Assembly (NCBI GenBank): GCA_963733035.1
Contig: CAVTBU010000007.1
Coordinates: forward strand, 640,001 to 704,000
DNA length: 64,000 nt
Reading direction: 5' to 3'
From: Pirellulales bacterium
GTDB taxonomy: Bacteria > Planctomycetota > Planctomycetia > Pirellulales > PALSA-1355
In this document: piece by piece, positions 11,358-21,606 of the stretch
Position numbering within the stretch: position 1 is the first letter of the stretch
Layout: each line of letters opens with the position of its first letter
The notes under the pieces: generated by a model
What the model saw: only the letters and a program-made list of their open reading frames with translations
The model's database searches: none
What the model was told of the DNA's origin: nothing
Position numbers and translations under genes: made by a program

Positions 11358-11674
11358 TCGCGCCGACTGTCGCTGAGAATGGTTTACGTCTCGCAGCTAC
11401 AAGGGGTCCGGCGTCGCCAGCGCCAAGCCGGTCACTCCCGCGGCGCTCGCGCGAAAGTCAATCGGAAACGGCCAACAGTCTCCGGCACATCGCTGGGTTT
11501 CTTGCGCGGCTGAGTCGTCCGCGATCACAGTGCTCCGCCTTCACGCGAAATACGCCGTTTCGCCTGTTCTCCGCGTAGCGTGGTTGGGCATGACCTGCGG
11601 CACCACCACCCTTGCAAAGAGTTCGGCGACTCCTTGGCCGACGAGGTGCGAACACCTCTGCGTGATCGCGGCGC

Positions 11675-11893
11675 TTATGCTGACATCGAGGTTGTAAACC
11701 CGTGCGGCGTTAAGGAGTACGCATGGCGGTGCCTTTCCTTGACCACCAAACCGTCGCGGATAAGGGACGACATCGCGGATTGGAATTTGGGCGAGTTTGA
11801 ATTTGCCATCGTCGTGTTGAAGCACAGCATCTCATTGATGCCGATGCGATATTGACGGAAATGTCGCAAGATGTCTCTCTCGGTCTTCGTCAT
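11675..11893 (-). CDS. Small hypothetical protein, winged-helix-like
   Basis: GGAGG RBS 7 nt before ATG; MTKTERDILRHF...AMSSLIRDGLVVKE...YSLTPHG resembles a wHTH C-terminal wing. Confidence 0.62.
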   Translation of the reverse strand: MTKTERDILRHFRQYRIGINEMLCFNTTMANSNSPKFQSAMSSLIRDGLVVKERHRHAYSLTPHGFTTSMSA

Positions 11894-12135
11894 GGGTTTA
11901 CCTCCAGCCTCGTGAGTCTGAAGCAACCCATTGTAGCGAATTTTTGAATCCGCCGGGCGATTCTCTGCGGAAGTCAGCAAAGAAATCGCGAAAAACACCA
12001 AAAGACGCCCGCGAAATCGCCGTTTTTTGCGTATCCTCCGGTCGTCTTCGGCGAAAGCCGTATTCAACCGAGGATCCGCCGATTCAATATCGGCCGCGAA
12101 TTTCTGGCGAGGTTCTGCCAGCCAACGGCGACAGC

Positions 12136-12789
12136 CTACTTCAGATCAACCGACCAATACGCGCTGTCAAGAAATGTCTTCCAGCTCTCATATTTCGGAT
12201 TGCCGAGTTTGATTGCGAGTAGCGGGCTGCGCTTTGGTTTGGCCGGTTGGCGAATCAGTTTCATATGTGCTTCTTGAGGTGTGCGCCCCCCCTTGCGGAC
12301 ATTGCAAGTGACGCAGGCACACACGATATTTTCCCAGCAGGTCGCACCCGCGCGGCTCTTGGGAACCACGTGGTCAAGGCTCAACTCGCTGGTCGGAAAA
12401 CTGCGGCCGCAGTATTGGCAACGATTTCCGTCGCGGGCAAAAATGTTGCGACGATTAAAGCGGATCGTCTGTTTAGGCACCCGATCGAACGTAAGCAGGC
12501 GAATGACGCGAGGCACCTGGATTTCAAAGTTGACCGACGAAATCCAGTCTTCATTCGGTTCCTTGAACGAGGCGCGCAGTTCGCTGATTTCTCGCCACGA
12601 CTCGAAATTGTAGTTGGCGAATTGGCCCTGATCGAGGTGGATCACCTCGGCCAACTCTCGACACAGTAGCCCTAAGGCACGCCGCACGTTGACCACGTGC
12701 ACTGCCATATAAAAGCGATTGAGCACCAGCACGCTGGCGCTCAAAGGACTCGCTGCGCCAGCCGGAGCCGTCAACGCCGAACTCGCCAT
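12136..12789 (-). CDS. HNH endonuclease (McrA-like, VLVLN-type)
   Basis: VLVLN; RRNIFARDGNRCQYCG...DHVVPKSRAG...WENIVCACVTCNVRKG. Confidence 0.9.
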   Translation of the reverse strand: MASSALTAPAGAASPLSASVLVLNRFYMAVHVVNVRRALGLLCRELAEVIHLDQGQFANYNFESWREISELRASFKEPNEDWISSVNFEIQVPRVIRLLTFDRVPKQTIRFNRRNIFARDGNRCQYCGRSFPTSELSLDHVVPKSRAGATCWENIVCACVTCNVRKGGRTPQEAHMKLIRQPAKPKRSPLLAIKLGNPKYESWKTFLDSAYWSVDLK

Positions 12790-13345
12790 GGGCATGCTCC
12801 CAAAGTATGGGGATTCTCCCACACTGTCCGTGCGCCGCGCCAATCGCCAGAATCAACGGCCAACCGACGCACAGCCAGCAGACTTTGCTTTTAGGCGGAT
12901 GTGGGCATGCTTCCGCCCCGCATAAAATTATTGTAATCGTCACCAATGGCGTCGCCTAGGGCATGGAGGCGTCCAAACATTGGTCTGGCCATGGGATTTC
13001 CGTGTTCGTCCGCTTCCTTTTTCGTGTCGCCGTCTCCTTATAAGCCAACCGAGGAAGGTGGCCTGCGGGCACATGCCAGCGTGTTTGTCAAGCAATCTGG
13101 CACGCGATTTTCCCGACGGACAAAGATTGCGGAAATTGCCTCAACATCACTTGCTGTGGCGCGCGCAACCACATTAGGATGGGAAGCGGCGGTGATGCTT
13201 GGTGTCGAAAACCGGGCAGCAAACGGAACGGAGAGCGTTGCGATTCCTTCAGTGACGCAGGGCATTAGTTCGTTTTCTGTAAGGATTCGATTCCAAGTGT
13301 TCAGAATGGAAGCCTCAGAATTATTTTGCCGCGGGGAACGTGTTG

Positions 13346-13651
13346 ATGATTCATTACTCGTGTGATTGCTGCAAGCGGACCTTCGATTCGGAGGATCTGC
13401 GCTACGTTGTAAAGATGGAAGTGTACGCGGCGATCGACCCGGATTCCGTGAACAACATGGACGACGACCGCGATCATTTGCAGGAAATTCAAGAAATCCT
13501 GCAGCGCTCCGGCGAGGCGGTCGACCCACAGATCGGCGACGACGTTTATGAGCAAATGCGGTTTGACCTCTGTCCCGAGTGCCGCAAAAAGTTCCTCAAG
13601 AACCCAGTCGGGCGCGAGCTCTCCAAGCAGTTCGATTTCAGCGAAAACTAG
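13346..13651 (+). CDS. Small acidic protein with split CxxC...CxxC zinc-binding motif
   Basis: MIHYSCDCCK ... FDLCPECRKKF; protein-like composition. Confidence 0.75.
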   Translation: MIHYSCDCCKRTFDSEDLRYVVKMEVYAAIDPDSVNNMDDDRDHLQEIQEILQRSGEAVDPQIGDDVYEQMRFDLCPECRKKFLKNPVGRELSKQFDFSEN

Positions 13652-13757
13652 GTTGAGCGTCGCCTCCAGCGGTCATAACGTCGGTTCGTTGCGGTGAGTC
13701 GACCTTTGGCATCGGAAAGTTTCGGGATTCGCGGGAGCGCAAGCCACGAACCGCCCC

Positions 13758-14291
13758 ATGCGACGATTTCGTCGTCGACCGTACCGTGCTCTGATGTTAG
13801 GCGCGGCGATCGTGATCTTGCTACTTGCTCGGCAGTTCTGGGATCGCCCACGGGCTTCCGTTCCAAGCGACCCGCCCGCCGCTGGTTCGTATGAAGTGCT
13901 TCGCGTTGTTGACGGGGATACGATTCTCTTTGTTCCCGATATGCGTGTGCGCTTGATCGGCGTCAATACACCCGAAAGTGTCAAACCCGATCATCCCATC
14001 GAGCCGTGGGGTCCGGAGGCCAGCCAGTTTACGCACGATTTCTTGGCGGGCGGCACAGCGCGGCTGGAATTCGACCGCGAACGCTTCGACCAATACGGTC
14101 GCTTCCTAGCCTACGTCTGGGTGGGCAACCAGATGCTAAACGAAGAGTTACTTCGCGCCGGACTCGCTCGTTGGGAACCCAACTACAACTACTCCGGCGA
14201 AAAGAAAGACCGCTTTCGCAAAGCCCAGGACCAGGCCCGCGACGAGGGGCGAGGCGTGTGGTCGAGCAAAGCGCGAGCCGGGACGAGGTAG
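13758..14291 (+). CDS. Thermonuclease (SNase) family protein, membrane-anchored
   Basis: RVVDGDT, VRLIGVNTPE, DQYGRFLAYV, NEELLRAGLA; N-terminal TM. Confidence 0.92.
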   Translation: MRRFRRRPYRALMLGAAIVILLLARQFWDRPRASVPSDPPAAGSYEVLRVVDGDTILFVPDMRVRLIGVNTPESVKPDHPIEPWGPEASQFTHDFLAGGTARLEFDRERFDQYGRFLAYVWVGNQMLNEELLRAGLARWEPNYNYSGEKKDRFRKAQDQARDEGRGVWSSKARAGTR

Positions 14292-14698
14292 GCAGTTTCA
14301 AGGCTATGCTGGATCCAGTGTTCTTTCGGTCTACGGGCGGGATTTCGTCTGCCTGCGACTGACCGACCCACAAAGTCTGCTGAGCACGGCGGGACGCGAG
14401 AATCTTGTCACCAGAAGCCGGGGTAGATCATTCTGGCCTCGAGCCTTTGGTCTGCTCACGCTCCGAGTGCACTGGCACTCGTCGTTTGGACATTCTTGAA
14501 CGCGACCGACTCGAGCCTTGCAACTCGACGGCTAATTTTTCCGCCGCCATCGCGTGCGCGCCACCTCGAACATTCCGGGCCCATTTTGATTCGCGAGATG
14601 GTGCGGCCGCTCTACTCACCTTGGCAACTTGAGACGCTGGCTCGCCACTGCTAGAATCCTCGTTTTCGTTCGTTACGGTCACTACCCCGGGGGGTCCA

Positions 14699-15772
14699 TT
14701 GAACGCCAACCGATCACTTAAAATCGCCGTCGTAGGCGGAGATGGCACCGGCCCGGAAGTGGCCGCCGAGGGCATCAAGGTCCTCCGGGCTGTCGCCAAA
14801 CTTGACGGTTTCAAGTTTGAAACGACCGACTTTGATTTTGGCGGCGATCGCTACCTGCGAACCGGCGAGATCCTGCCCGAGGGGGCTGTCGAGAAGCTCA
14901 AGAAGTTCGATGCCATTTACCTCGGCGCGGTCGGTCACCCGGAGGTAAAGCCCGGCGTCTTGGAAAAGGGCTTGTTGCTCGAGCTTCGTTTTCAACTCGA
15001 TCAATACATCAATCTCCGCCCGGTGAAGCTCTTCCCCGGCGTCGAGACCCCACTCCGCGATAAGGGACCCGACGACATCGACTTCGTCGTCGTCCGCGAG
15101 AACACCGAGGATCTGTACTGCGGTGTGGGCGGTTTTCTAAAGAAGAACACCCCCGACGAGGTGGCGATGCAATCGGCCGTCTATACTCGCAAGGGCTGCG
15201 AGCGTTGCATCCGCTGGGCCTTCGAATTCACGCGCAAGCGAAACAATCCCAAAAAGATGCTCACGCTAGTGGCCAAGACCAACGTGCTCACTTACGGGCA
15301 CGACTTGTGGTGGCGCACATTTCAAGACGTGGCCCAGGAGTATCCGGACATCAAGCCGGACTACAACCACGTTGACGCCTGCTGCATGTGGATGGTGAAA
15401 AATCCCGAATACTACGACGTCATCGTCACCACGAACATGTTCGGCGACATTATCACCGACCTGGCCGGTATCCTACAGGGCGGTATGGGCGTCGCAGCGG
15501 GCGGGAATATTAATCCCGATCCGGGCGGCACCAGCATGTACGAACCGATGGGCGGCAGCGCACCCAAGTACACCGGTACCGGAAAAATCAACCCCATTGC
15601 GGCCATTAACGCCATGAGCATGCTGCTCGAGCACTCCGGCCAGCCCAAAGCCGCCCAGCGGATTCAATCGGCGATTCAGGTCGTAACGGGCACCAAAATG
15701 AAGAGCCAGGCTGCTGGCAAGATGGGCTATAGCACGTCCGATGTCGGCGATTTGGTGTGCGAGGCACTGTAG
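14699..15772 (+). CDS. leuB: 3-isopropylmalate dehydrogenase
   Basis: [54 protein letters not shown] start. Confidence 0.88.
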   Translation: MNANRSLKIAVVGGDGTGPEVAAEGIKVLRAVAKLDGFKFETTDFDFGGDRYLRTGEILPEGAVEKLKKFDAIYLGAVGHPEVKPGVLEKGLLLELRFQLDQYINLRPVKLFPGVETPLRDKGPDDIDFVVVRENTEDLYCGVGGFLKKNTPDEVAMQSAVYTRKGCERCIRWAFEFTRKRNNPKKMLTLVAKTNVLTYGHDLWWRTFQDVAQEYPDIKPDYNHVDACCMWMVKNPEYYDVIVTTNMFGDIITDLAGILQGGMGVAAGGNINPDPGGTSMYEPMGGSAPKYTGTGKINPIAAINAMSMLLEHSGQPKAAQRIQSAIQVVTGTKMKSQAAGKMGYSTSDVGDLVCEAL

Positions 15773-15861
15773 CGCAATCCGAGGCGACCGGGGGATAGCC
15801 ACACCGTGTGGCTGCCTTTTCCCCTTTCTGGCGAACCCACGTTCTGCAAGGAGACTTCATC

Positions 15862-16629
15862 ATGCATCCGCTGTTCGACCTTTCGGGACGTGTTGCACTG
15901 GTAACTGGTGGCAGTAAGGGGCTTGGTAAGGCGATGGCCCGTGTGTTTGTCGAAGCGGGCGCCGACGTCGTGATTTCGAGCCGGCACGAAGACGAGCTCA
16001 AAAAAACACAGGCGGAAATTCAAGATGGTACCAAGGCAAAAGTCGTGTACGTCGTCGCCGATATGACCAATCGCGATCAGGTGAAGGGGCTTGCCGAACG
16101 GACCTTGGCCGAGATGGGCCGCGTCGACATTCTGGTTAACAATGCGGGCAGCAACGTGCCTCAAGCAATCGATCAAATTACCGACGAAGCTTGGGATCGG
16201 ATTGTCGAGCTTAATCTCACCTCATGTATGTTGCTTACCCGGGCGCTGGTGCCGCAAATGAAAGCGCGAAAATGGGGCCGCGTAATCCACATCTCGTCGA
16301 TCATGGGCCTGGCCTCGAAGGACGCCCGCAACTCGTACTCGGCCACCAAGAGCGCGTTGTTGGGGCTAGCCCGCGCCAGCGCACTCGACCTCGGCGCATT
16401 CAACATCACGGTCAATTGCATTGCCCCGGGACCATTTCTTACCGACCTGCCTGGGTCACTGCTGTCCCCCGAACAGAAGAAGGCGCTGGCCGCACGCACG
16501 GCGCTGGAACGGTGGGGCGACCCGCGGGAACTGGCCGGTCCCGCTTTGCTGCTGGCAAGTGAGGCAGGCAGCTACATTACCGGAGAAGTTTTGGTGGTCG
16601 ACGGCGGCTCTCTGGCCAAGACGTTCTAG
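15862..16629 (+). CDS. SDR family oxidoreductase (gluconate 5-dehydrogenase-like)
   Basis: TGGSKGLG, NNAG, YSATK; AGGAG RBS. Confidence 0.92.
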   Translation: MHPLFDLSGRVALVTGGSKGLGKAMARVFVEAGADVVISSRHEDELKKTQAEIQDGTKAKVVYVVADMTNRDQVKGLAERTLAEMGRVDILVNNAGSNVPQAIDQITDEAWDRIVELNLTSCMLLTRALVPQMKARKWGRVIHISSIMGLASKDARNSYSATKSALLGLARASALDLGAFNITVNCIAPGPFLTDLPGSLLSPEQKKALAARTALERWGDPRELAGPALLLASEAGSYITGEVLVVDGGSLAKTF

Positions 16630-16710
16630 AACGCAGTTCAGCTCGCACCGTTTTGAGACGTTGCTGATCCGCAGCGGCCCCCACTTCTGCCGCGTTCGTT
16701 TATGCCAGCG

Positions 16711-16890
16711 CTATTTGCGGAGAATGAGCTTGCCGCTGCGCGTGACGCTTAGCCGGTAAGCCTCGGTGCCGTGGCGAATCACGATCTCGCGATTGCCTTG
16801 CATCAACTCCCGCGAGTTGACTTCACGCCGGCAAGCTCCCGCATCAACGGGGTTTGAAGTGCTGTCAGGTCTGATTGGTTCGGTGTTCAC
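16711..16890 (-). CDS. hemP: Hemin uptake protein HemP/HmuP
   Basis: VNSRELMQGNREIVIRHGTEAYRLSVTRSGKLILRK matches the HemP family pattern, including the C-terminal KLILxK; GTG start inferred. Confidence 0.85.
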   Translation of the reverse strand: MNTEPIRPDSTSNPVDAGACRREVNSRELMQGNREIVIRHGTEAYRLSVTRSGKLILRK

Positions 16891-16936
16891 CGCACACCAG
16901 CAGAGTTTAAGTCGCCAGGTTGAGTCATGGCGACTA

Positions 16937-16968
16937 GTTCTACGTTTATTGAGACTATATGTCAATAA
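16937..16968 (-). promoter_or_regulatory. hemP promoter (TTGACA-17-TAGAAC) overlapped by Fur-like palindrome TATTGAGA-CTATA-TGTCAATA (16947-16967)
   Basis: Inverted repeat TTATTGA...TCAATAA contains a perfect -35 hexamer on the minus strand; same geometry as the box at 17098. Confidence 0.65.
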
Positions 16969-17063
16969 CGTGGCCAGGTGAAGTGAATCGGTCAGCATTT
17001 TTTCAATGTAAACTATAGTAAATAAATGCTTTACGACAACGCACTTTTTTTCCGAGACGCGGA

Positions 17064-17118
17064 TTGACGCCGCGCAAGAAACGGTTAATATGACACTAAT
17101 TGAGACGCGATCTCAATT
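17064..17118 (+). promoter_or_regulatory. Promoter (TTGACG-16-TAATAT) followed by perfect palindrome AATTGAGA-CGCGA-TCTCAATT (17098-17118), Fur-like operator
   Basis: 8-5-8 inverted repeat at the expected +1 position in an AT-rich intergenic region. Confidence 0.65.
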
Positions 17119-17336
17119 TCTAGAGCTAGCCCGCCTCCTGGCACGTGCTCGTGCCGATTCGCCCGCCACGCTCAATGGCTTGGGCTGTCTGTCCGTTCTG
17201 CGAGATTTCTCGCCGCGCAGGCCGCCGATTCACCCCGAGTGCCGAGAAAGGAGCAGCTGCTGAATTGTTTTGAGCGTAGGTATTGGGAACCCGTTGTGTT
17301 TGAGATCCGCATTTCACAACCGAGGAAAGAATCGAC

Positions 17337-18038
17337 ATGAACCGCCATTTGTTTTTCACCTTGATTGCAGTTGCCGCCGGTCTGACCGCACATGCGGTGC
17401 ACGGCGCGTCGCTGCTGCCGACCGACGATGGTTTTGGCTATCAGTTTCTAGGCACGACACCGCTTAATGGTTCGCCACCATTTTCCGAGTACCTGCCCGC
17501 TGGTGCGACGACCACGGGTCACAACACCAAGTCGGCATTGAGATTCGACCTGTCCGGCGTGGGACTCGGGGCCGCCGACGTTACGTCGGCCACGCTGAGT
17601 TTATATGTGATCGACACCACGGTTACGGGCTTTGGTGCCAGCCCCGCGCCCGCTAGTCCGATTGTCGTCAGTCTGTTCGCGTTGGGGGCCGGCATCTGGG
17701 ATGAGGCGACACTAACATATGACAACATGCCCTCCACGACCGGTCCCGCCTACGATTCGATTTCCATCGACGGGGTTGATCAGAGCGTGTCATTCGACGT
17801 GACGGCGCTTGTCAAGGATTGGCTCGACGGCAGTGTGGCAAACAATGGGCTGGCACTTGTCGTCGACGTTCCGGTGGGCGCGTTGCCCAATTGGGTGTAT
17901 GCCGTGTTCAGTTCTTCCGAGTCTCAGACTTCACCTGAGCTTACCGTCGTACCCGAACCGGCAAGCGCGTTGATTGCGTTTCTTGCCGTCCCGGCGCTCG
18001 TGTGGTTTGGCCGTTGCCGAATCGAAAGTCGCAAGTAG
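17337..18038 (+). CDS. Secreted PEP-CTERM surface protein with DNRLRE-like beta-sandwich domain
   Basis: Signal peptide; SALRFDLS...VTSATLSLY...WDEATLTY...FDVTALVKDWL...NNGL...FSSSE...PELTV; VPEP + TM + basic tail. Confidence 0.88.
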   Translation: MNRHLFFTLIAVAAGLTAHAVHGASLLPTDDGFGYQFLGTTPLNGSPPFSEYLPAGATTTGHNTKSALRFDLSGVGLGAADVTSATLSLYVIDTTVTGFGASPAPASPIVVSLFALGAGIWDEATLTYDNMPSTTGPAYDSISIDGVDQSVSFDVTALVKDWLDGSVANNGLALVVDVPVGALPNWVYAVFSSSESQTSPELTVVPEPASALIAFLAVPALVWFGRCRIESRK

Positions 18039-18128
18039 ACGAAAAATCTCCCACCAGGCGGCGAGCCGGCGTGCCCCTTCGGCGGCCCGCCGCCAGCGTG
18101 TTGATTCAATTCGCTGACGAAGGCGCGA

Positions 18129-19076
18129 ATGAGGAACAGAATGGTTCGGTCACGCTTAATGCTCTCGGCCCGTCGCGCCGGCTTCTCGCTCGTGGAGTTA
18201 CTGGTCGTCATTGCGATCATCGGCGTGCTGGTGGCAATCATGTTGCCAGCCATCCAAGCCGCGCGAGAGGCTGCCCGCAGTGCTTCCTGTCGGAATAACC
18301 TGCGACAAATTAGCACCGCCATCCACCTGTATCACGACACTTGCCGTCATTTGCCCCCCGCACGCATCGACCAGGGCACGGTTGGTGCCGGGACCAGTAC
18401 GTTTTACATTATTCTTCCCTTCTTGGAGGAAGGAAACTTAGCCGACGGCTACGACAAATCGGCCGATTATCGCGACGGCGATAATCTGAAAGTTTCTAGC
18501 ACGATTGTCTCTCCGTACCTCTGTCCCTCAATGGTGCTGCCGCGTGACGTGCCCGACCCGGACCCGGCCTGCGCGGAGAAAGGTGCCCCGGGAAGCTATG
18601 CCGTATCGACGAGTTCGGACGTTTGCTTCATCCAACTGAACCTGATTCCAAAGCACAACGGCGCAATCGTCCACCCGCGATTTGGCCGGACGTCGATTGC
18701 CAAGATTTCCGCAGGCGACGGCTCTTCGAAGACGTTCATGGTTGGTGAAATGGACTATGGCCTGACGGACTACTATTGGACCACCTGTCATTCCGCGAAT
18801 TCCGTCCGCGGGGGCGCTATGCGCTGGGCCGTGGGCTATGCCGGAGTTACCTGGGGGTCAACGGTCGGTCCGATCAACAGCGCGACCGTCGGTGCGATAA
18901 AGTACGGGTTTTACAATGTTGGTTACGAGGCCTTCCGCAGCGATCACGCAGGTGGCGTGAACTTCGCCTTTGTTGACGGCAGCGTCCGCTTCATCAGCGA
19001 CGAGATTGATCCAAACCTGTACAAAGCCCTGGCGACTCGCGAAGGTGGAGAAATGATCGACAACTCGGCCTACTGA
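18129..19076 (+). CDS. DUF1559 prepilin-type N-terminal cleavage/methylation protein (H-X9-DG)
   Basis: GFSLVELLVVIAIIGVLVAIMLPAIQAAREAARSASCRNNLRQ; FRSDHAGGVNFAFVDGSV. Confidence 0.93.
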   Translation: MRNRMVRSRLMLSARRAGFSLVELLVVIAIIGVLVAIMLPAIQAAREAARSASCRNNLRQISTAIHLYHDTCRHLPPARIDQGTVGAGTSTFYIILPFLEEGNLADGYDKSADYRDGDNLKVSSTIVSPYLCPSMVLPRDVPDPDPACAEKGAPGSYAVSTSSDVCFIQLNLIPKHNGAIVHPRFGRTSIAKISAGDGSSKTFMVGEMDYGLTDYYWTTCHSANSVRGGAMRWAVGYAGVTWGSTVGPINSATVGAIKYGFYNVGYEAFRSDHAGGVNFAFVDGSVRFISDEIDPNLYKALATREGGEMIDNSAY

Positions 19077-19191
19077 ACGACGCGCCGTCCGATTCGCTGA
19101 AATTCCAACAACAACCGATTGCCGACGACGGATCGCCGGCCCAACAATTTGATAGTGATGCCGTCCGTTTCGCTTTGAAAGGAAACCAGCA

Positions 19192-20549
19192 ATGCTTCGC
19201 AATGTATGCTTGGGCCTCGTTTGTGCCGCCGCGCTCGGCACGCCCGCTTGGGCGCACTTTATTTGGCTTGACTTGAGGCCGAGTGTCGGTGGAAAGGGCC
19301 AGGCGAGACTCTATTTTTCCGAGGAGCCCGCTCCCGGCGAGGCCGACTTGATCGGCAAGGCCGCCAAGGCTCAGGTCTGGCTCCGTAAAGCCGACGGAAC
19401 CACTGCGGAATTAAAACTCGATTCCTCGACAGAAGATGAAGCCGTGTTGGTGGCCGAATGTGCATGCGACGGTGCCAGCCTGGAAGGTGTTTGGGATTAT
19501 GGTGTTTACTCGCGCGGACCGGTGGCAGGGCCGCTGCTGCAGTACTATGCGAAGGGGCTCACCGGAGATTGGGTGAAACACCCCAGTTTGTCCCACTCCA
19601 AAAAATTGAAACTCGACATTGTTCCTTCGCTTCAAGATCGGAAGCTATCCATTCAGGTGCTTTACGATGGCGAGTCGATCAAGGATTGCGACGTACTGTT
19701 CGTAGACCCCACCGGCCAGCAGCACGAGTTGACCACCGACGACCAGGGACGGGCGGAGGTCGAAGTCACGCCCGGTCAATGGGCCGTGCGTACCGCGAAG
19801 ATCGATGCCGACAACAGCGGCGAGCGCGACGGCAAGAAGTTCAGCCAAACCTGGCACTTTGCGACACTCACCGTTGACGTTCCCAGCCGTACACCAGCCG
19901 AAGAACAGGCCGTTGAGTCTGTCTCCGCCATCAACGCTTTGGTGCGGGCACGTAAACACCGAGCGGTCTGGCAGGACTTCCCCGGTTTCAAGGCCGACCT
20001 GACTGTTCTCTCGGACGAGAAGGTCATCAAGGGTACGATGGAGATCGATCGCGATGGTGTGGTGACACTCGATATGCCAAAGTCGAACATTGCCGACTGG
20101 GTGGAGGAACAGCTCAACTCAATGGTTCAGCACCGCATGCCGGACGGCGAAGTTTCTGAGGGCAACGTGACTTGGGCCCAAGAGGAAGGCGTGCATCCAC
20201 TGGGACGCAAGATCGATTTGGGCGATCCGAGACTGCAGAGCACTACCGCATCAAAGACGACGTCATCATGGAAGTGAACCGTTCGGCGGGTCCGACGATG
20301 CGGTTCACGATCAGCGTGTTGGAGATCGAGCGGAATCCGGAAGGGAAGTATCTTCCCCGTTCCTTTACCATGAATTTCTTCGATTCCAAGACCGGCGAAC
20401 TGCAGACGAGCCTTGGCTACCTAAATGCCTGGCAGCGGGTCGACGGCTTTGATTTACCTCGAACGATTGTCGAAGTCGACGCCCATCGGGGAGGCGCGAG
20501 CACCAGGCAAATTACCTTCAGCAACTGCCGACTACTCTCAGCCAGGTAG
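19192..20549 (+). CDS. Secreted DUF4198-like + DUF3386 fusion protein (frameshift near 20240)
   Basis: Signal ...AWA then HFIWL; QYYAK, LDIVP, TTDDQGRA, ATLT (DUF4198-like). ARKHRAVWQDFPGFKADL...SMVQHR, continuing in another frame as YRIKDDVIMEVNR...RFTISVL...GKYLP (DUF3386-like). Confidence 0.75.
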
Positions 20550-20589
20550 AGGCCACTGGGAAAGCTTCGCGGCTTCCGCGGGTGGAGCA

Positions 20590-21412
20590 TCACTTTCCGC
20601 TCGTGGTGGCCGCACCAGAAAGGTTGCGCGAGGCAATCATTTTCAGCACGCGCCACGGGCATCAAACGCTTGAGTCGCCAGAAGAACGTGGCCTCGCGCG
20701 GCACCGTGACGTACAGTTGCTTGCGATCGACGGCCTGGAGAATCTTCTGCGCCACGTGTTCGGCCGTGCATTTCGCGTCGGCCATCAGCTTGGTGGCGAC
20801 CTCGCGTTGTGCGTCTCCCTGAAAGCGGCCACTCTTGACAATGCTCGTGGGAAAGAACGAAGGGCAGACACCAGTCACGCCGACATGATGTGGCAACAAC
20901 TCGCCGTAAAGCGTTTCCGAGAGCGAGAGCACGCCGGCCTTGGTGACGTTGTAGGGCGCCATGCTGGGGGCCGATACGATCGCGGCCATCGACGCGATGT
21001 TCACGATGTGGGCGCCGCGCGGATTCGCCTTCAGCCATTCGACCATCGTGTGGCAGCCGTAGATCACACCCCACAGGTTGATATTGACGATCCATTGCCA
21101 GTCTTCCAGCGGAAGTTTGCCCACTTCGCCGCCCACACCGACTCCGGCGTTGTTCACCAGCAGGTCAAGCTGCGGCCAATCGGCTTGCAGCCGGTCGCGC
21201 AACGCTTCCCATTGTTCGACTTTTGTCACGTCCAAGTGTTCGACGCGCCCGTCTCCGCCCGCGGCTCGAACGAGCTTCAGGGTTTCTTCGCCGCCCGCGT
21301 CGTTGATATCGGCAACGGCGATGTGCCAACCGCGCTGGGCGAGCGCGACGGAAAGCGCGCGGCCCAATCCGCTGCCGGCTCCGCTGATCAATGCATACCT
21401 GGTCTGGCTCAT
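20590..21412 (-). CDS. SDR family oxidoreductase (indel near 20652; stop inferred at 20590)
   Basis: SGAGSGLG, NNAG, YNVTK. Confidence 0.88.
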
Positions 21413-21606
21413 CCTGGCAATCGTCCCGCGTTGGGTGGTGTGTGGGCGCCGCGGGCCAGTCGACTGCGACCGTTCCGCCACCGCGGTATTTGCAGATACG
21501 CGCATCGTTGGCCCGTGAGGTGCCCCGAGTGTAACGACAATGGACGTCCCGGCGAAAGAGGCGCCCGTGTCATTGCGGCTGGCGGGCGAAGGTGCAAGTC
21601 CGAATG

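Noticed and set aside
12136..12789. HNH gene as a homing endonuclease or mobile element
   Set aside because: There is no intron or intein context, terminal repeats or adjacent methylase; it resembles the widespread stand-alone VLVLN-type HNH family.
17119..17336. Cobalamin or other riboswitch in the 5' leader of the PEP-CTERM gene
   Set aside because: I could not identify a B12 box or other known aptamer consensus by eye; an Infernal search would be needed.
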